Source of the DNA: Dehalococcoidia bacterium | Lineage (GTDB): Bacteria; Chloroflexota; Dehalococcoidia; Dehalococcoidales; Fen-1064 | Direction of reading: 5' to 3' | Length of the DNA: 64,000 nt | Assembly (NCBI GenBank): GCA_011170375.1 | Contig: DUEV01000006.1 | Location: 89,255-153,254 of the forward strand | In this document: positions 60,837 to 64,000 of the stretch, piece by piece | Layout of the letters: each line of letters begins with the position of its first letter | How positions within the stretch are numbered: position 1 is the stretch's first letter | Program-made: the position numbers and the translations under genes | The notes under the pieces: generated by a model | Databases searched by the model: none | Seen by the model: the letters and a program-made list of their open reading frames with translations, nothing else | What the model was told of the DNA's origin: nothing

Positions 60837-61634
60837 ATGGAACCAATCCCGGGAAAAAAGATGGAGATTACAGACCTGAGAAAGCTCCGGGAGCAGTCGC
60901 GTCAATCCCAGCTTCTGGCGACTCTAAGGGAGATGATGGCCGGTATTGCCAACGAAGTGAACAACCCCTTGGGCAGCATCCTCCTCTATTCAGAACTACT
61001 GATGGCGGGGGACGTCTCACCACAGACCCAAAAGGACCTGAAGGTCATACATGACGAGGCCAAGCGTGCTGCCAAGGCAATGACCTACCTTCTGACCTAC
61101 TGCCAGCAGGAAAGGCCAGAACTACGCTACCTTGATATAAACAGGATTCTTGAGAAACTCCTCCGCATGCGCCATCATTCAGAGACGGCGCATAACATCA
61201 CCATAACCACCGATTTTCAGTATGGCCTGCTCCCGGTGAAGGGTGAGCCATCTCAACTCAATCAGCTTTTCATGAACCTGATAGTCAACGCCGAGGAATC
61301 CCTGAAACAAGTCGATGGAGGCCATATCACGGTCACTACACGGAGGGAGGGGAAGTGGGTGAAGATATCAATCACTGATGATGGCCCGGGAATACCCCCG
61401 GAAAACCTGCGGCAGATTTTCTATCCCTTCTTCACAACCAAACAAAATGGAGAGGGTTCCGGGCTCGGCCTGAGCACCTGCCATGGTATCGCCACCAGCC
61501 ACAAGGGGCTGATACACGCCGAAAATAACAGAACCGGGGGCGCCACTTTTATCGTGGAGCTACCGCTGGCCGAGGCACCGGAGAAAACACGGACAAGCGA
61601 AGATGCCAGGATGGCAGGTTCGTTAGTAATTTGA
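60837..61634 (+). CDS. Sensor-less NtrB-type histidine kinase-like protein, H-box His replaced by Asn
   Basis: AGIANEVNNPL, NLIVNA, DDGPGI, PFFTTK, GSGLGL. Confidence 0.85.
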   Translation: MEPIPGKKMEITDLRKLREQSRQSQLLATLREMMAGIANEVNNPLGSILLYSELLMAGDVSPQTQKDLKVIHDEAKRAAKAMTYLLTYCQQERPELRYLDINRILEKLLRMRHHSETAHNITITTDFQYGLLPVKGEPSQLNQLFMNLIVNAEESLKQVDGGHITVTTRREGKWVKISITDDGPGIPPENLRQIFYPFFTTKQNGEGSGLGLSTCHGIATSHKGLIHAENNRTGGATFIVELPLAEAPEKTRTSEDARMAGSLVI

Positions 61635-61662
61635 TGGGATCGAGTGGAGCGGAGAGATAGCG

Positions 61663-62151
61663 ATGACAACAAGAAGTCCGCTAGTCCTGATAGTAGATGA
61701 TGAGCCTCACCTGCTGAGTGGCTTACGTCGTGTCCTGGAGAAAGAAGGGTACGAGGTAACGACCGCATTGGACGGCGAGACAGCACTCCAGCTTGCCAGA
61801 GAGAAGAAGCCTGACGTAGTCCTGCTGGACATCATGATGCCCGGGATGGACGGCAGGGAGGCATGCCGGAGAATTCGTGAGGTCGCTGAAGGAGTCCAGG
61901 TAATTTACATCACCGCCAGAGCAGAGCTGAATGACCCACTACAATTAAAACGGCTCCGAAGTGAGGCTAACGCCTTCATTACCAAGCCGACCACCAGCAA
62001 AAGGATAATATCAGCCGTAAATGGCCTTTCACGAAGTACCCGCCAACAGCCTGAAGAGTCACAGCTATGCCGGACAGGACAGTTGACCAAAGCAGAAGAC
62101 TACTCACAAAGCACTGAGGCCAGCGAGGACGACAGAAGGCCAATTCGTTGA
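61663..62151 (+). CDS. Single-domain response regulator
   Basis: LIVDDE, LLDIMMPGMDG, ITA, TKP. Confidence 0.9.
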   Translation: MTTRSPLVLIVDDEPHLLSGLRRVLEKEGYEVTTALDGETALQLAREKKPDVVLLDIMMPGMDGREACRRIREVAEGVQVIYITARAELNDPLQLKRLRSEANAFITKPTTSKRIISAVNGLSRSTRQQPEESQLCRTGQLTKAEDYSQSTEASEDDRRPIR

Positions 62152-62176
62152 CAATAAATGTCAGCAGGGGTATATT
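62148..62176 (+). promoter_or_regulatory. Sigma70 promoter
   Basis: TTGACA-17-TATATT. Confidence 0.65.
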
Positions 62177-62266
62177 TTTAGCAAATTCGTGACCGCATTC
62201 TCGGCAGAGGAGATAGATAGAAGAACAGGCGGGACTGTCACAACTACCGCCTGGGGTCGGGGTAAA

Positions 62267-63817
62267 ATGAGAAGTGGCAACATCTTAATGCTGGAGGCTA
62301 ACGAAGGCCTCCGCCTCAACAGGAGCCGTGCTCTATCACGGGAGGGCTACAGTGTTACCAGCGTTGCCAGTATTGGAGAGACCATCGAGGCAACCCGGCA
62401 GCAGTCCTATGACCTGCTGGTCATCAGTATCGGAGAGCCGGAACAGCTCCGTACGCTTCTGACCCCACTCCCCCCAGAAATGAATGTGTTGATAGTGACC
62501 TCTATTGACACCATCGGCCAGGTCACCGAGTATGCTGGCACAGGGATACACTCTTTCCTGCTTGAGCCGTTTACCTTGAGCAGGTTCAAGGCTGCAGTCG
62601 CCCAGGCGATTGATGGTGCCCGGCTGATAAAAGGAGGTATCCGCAGTGAGGTCCTGACCTCCCTGGCACGTGCTAACTGGCCGCCCTCTCCCGGAACCGG
62701 GGCAGACCAGTTCTTCAAACGCATCGTAGAAATCAGCGCCGCCGATATCGAGGCGGAACATATCTTCCTGATGGTTAAAGATGAAGCGACCGGTGCGCTC
62801 GTTACCAAGGCCCGGATGGGTGACCACCAACCAGACCTGCACACCGTATGCAACCGGGTGGTAGATACAGGAGAGCCGGTCGTTATTGACAAAACAACCC
62901 GAGACGCCGAACTGCGTGGGCTGGTGGCTGAAACAGACGCCACGGCCGTCATGTGCGTACCCCTGTTAATCAAGGGCAGCGTCGTTGGGGTGATAGGTCA
63001 CGTCAAGCTGACCGAGAGGGCACAGTTCACCTCCAACGACCTGAGCTTTGCTTCGCTTATCGCCTGGTGGAGTAGCATGGTGCTAGAAAATGCCCGACTA
63101 TTTGGCCGGGTCCAAAAGCAGTATCTCCACATGGAGAGACTGCTGGAGGAGATAAGGGTCGCCCAAGAGAATGAACGCCGACGGGTAGCTGTCGAGATAC
63201 ACGATGGTGTTGCCCAGTGGATGGTCGGGGCTTCCTATGGTATCAAAGCAATCGGTCACCTCATCTCAGAACAAAGGCTGGCCGACCTTGAGCTTGAGTT
63301 GACCAAGATAAGAGATACGGTGCAGACAAGCATCAAAGAGCTTCGCCGCACCATCGCCAACCTGCGCCCGTTGCCGCTTGAAGAATTGGGTCTTGTGGCG
63401 GCTGTCCGCCAGGCGACGGAGTCTCTGCAGGAAGACGGTATCAGGTACCACAGCGTAATCGACAGAGACCTGCCCGAGCTTACACTCGCCCAAGAAAGCA
63501 CAACCTACTGGATAGTCCAAGAGATGCTATCTAACATCAGGAAGCATTCCGGAGCCAGCGAAGTTACCGTCCATATCCGGTATTATGATAGCATGTTCTC
63601 AGTCGAGGTCAGTGACAACGGGCAGGGCTTTAACCCGGAACAGGTGATGCACAGCGAATCGCCACTGGTACACCTGGGTCTTCTCGGCATGAGGGAAAGG
63701 GCAGAACTGCTAGGCGGCAGTTTGGCAATAAAAAGCGAACAAGGAAAGGGAACCTCGGTAAGCTTCACCTTCCCGGTTTCCGACTCGGAAACCGCAGAAG
63801 CAATGATATCAGGTTGA
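62267..63817 (+). CDS. Pseudo-receiver-GAF-HisKA_3 (NarX/DegS-type) histidine kinase
   Basis: AQENERRRVAVEIHDGVAQ, LRPLPLEELGL, EMLSNIRKH, DNGQGF, GLLGMRERA; ORF open from 62189. Confidence 0.9.
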   Translation: MRSGNILMLEANEGLRLNRSRALSREGYSVTSVASIGETIEATRQQSYDLLVISIGEPEQLRTLLTPLPPEMNVLIVTSIDTIGQVTEYAGTGIHSFLLEPFTLSRFKAAVAQAIDGARLIKGGIRSEVLTSLARANWPPSPGTGADQFFKRIVEISAADIEAEHIFLMVKDEATGALVTKARMGDHQPDLHTVCNRVVDTGEPVVIDKTTRDAELRGLVAETDATAVMCVPLLIKGSVVGVIGHVKLTERAQFTSNDLSFASLIAWWSSMVLENARLFGRVQKQYLHMERLLEEIRVAQENERRRVAVEIHDGVAQWMVGASYGIKAIGHLISEQRLADLELELTKIRDTVQTSIKELRRTIANLRPLPLEELGLVAAVRQATESLQEDGIRYHSVIDRDLPELTLAQESTTYWIVQEMLSNIRKHSGASEVTVHIRYYDSMFSVEVSDNGQGFNPEQVMHSESPLVHLGLLGMRERAELLGGSLAIKSEQGKGTSVSFTFPVSDSETAEAMISG

Positions 63818-63828
63818 AAGGTGCAGAC

Positions 63829-64000
63829 ATGGGAGAATCACCAGCTATCAAGGTACTCATTGTTGATGACCACAATGTCGTGAGAGAAGGGCTACGACGA
63901 ATACTGGCAACAGACGAGAGCATAGACGTGGTTGGCGAGGCCCGGAATGGAGAGGAGGCAATCGCTAAGGCCATAACACTCAGACCAGATGTCGTTATCA
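63829..64000 (+). CDS. NarL-family response regulator (3'-truncated by window)
   Basis: Hand translation MGESPAIKVLIVDDHNVVREGLRRILATDESIDVVGEARNGEEAI..LRPDVV. Confidence 0.9.
   Translation, partial: MGESPAIKVLIVDDHNVVREGLRRILATDESIDVVGEARNGEEAIAKAITLRPDVVI

Overview
Bacterial window whose gene set and order resemble anaerobic Chloroflexi (Dehalococcoidia-like); the taxon is an inference. 1-9700 is a housekeeping stretch (rho, uvrC, DRG/TGS GTPase, surE, TrmH methylase, HAD hydrolase) that also holds an APH(3')-like kinase and a rubrerythrin-thioesterase fusion. A tRNA-Met(CAT) at 9785-9857 starts about 40 kb of accreted DNA. Its 3' end recurs five more times as direct repeats (42285, 43320, 44191, 49247, 50231), most with conserved flanks. 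These repeats divide the region into one 32-kb unit ending in a decayed tyrosine integrase and four small integrase-free units of 1-5 genes, which resembles a tRNA-anchored cassette array. The 32-kb unit holds an AOR/ABC/corrinoid-methyltransferase module, a serine-recombinase and tRNA-Val scar, and a large nitrogen cluster (purF, split glutamate synthase, hisH and hisF stubs, GlnR-like regulator with a visible box, asnB, amtB-glnK-glnA, nadE, carAB, nrpR). One small unit has a type IV pilin with an in-frame UGA followed by a SECIS-like hairpin. 50250-64000 holds hydrolases, a radical SAM maturase, MoxR-DUF58-transglutaminase and a two-component cluster that includes a kinase lacking its His. 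All assignments were made by eye from motifs; no searches were run.
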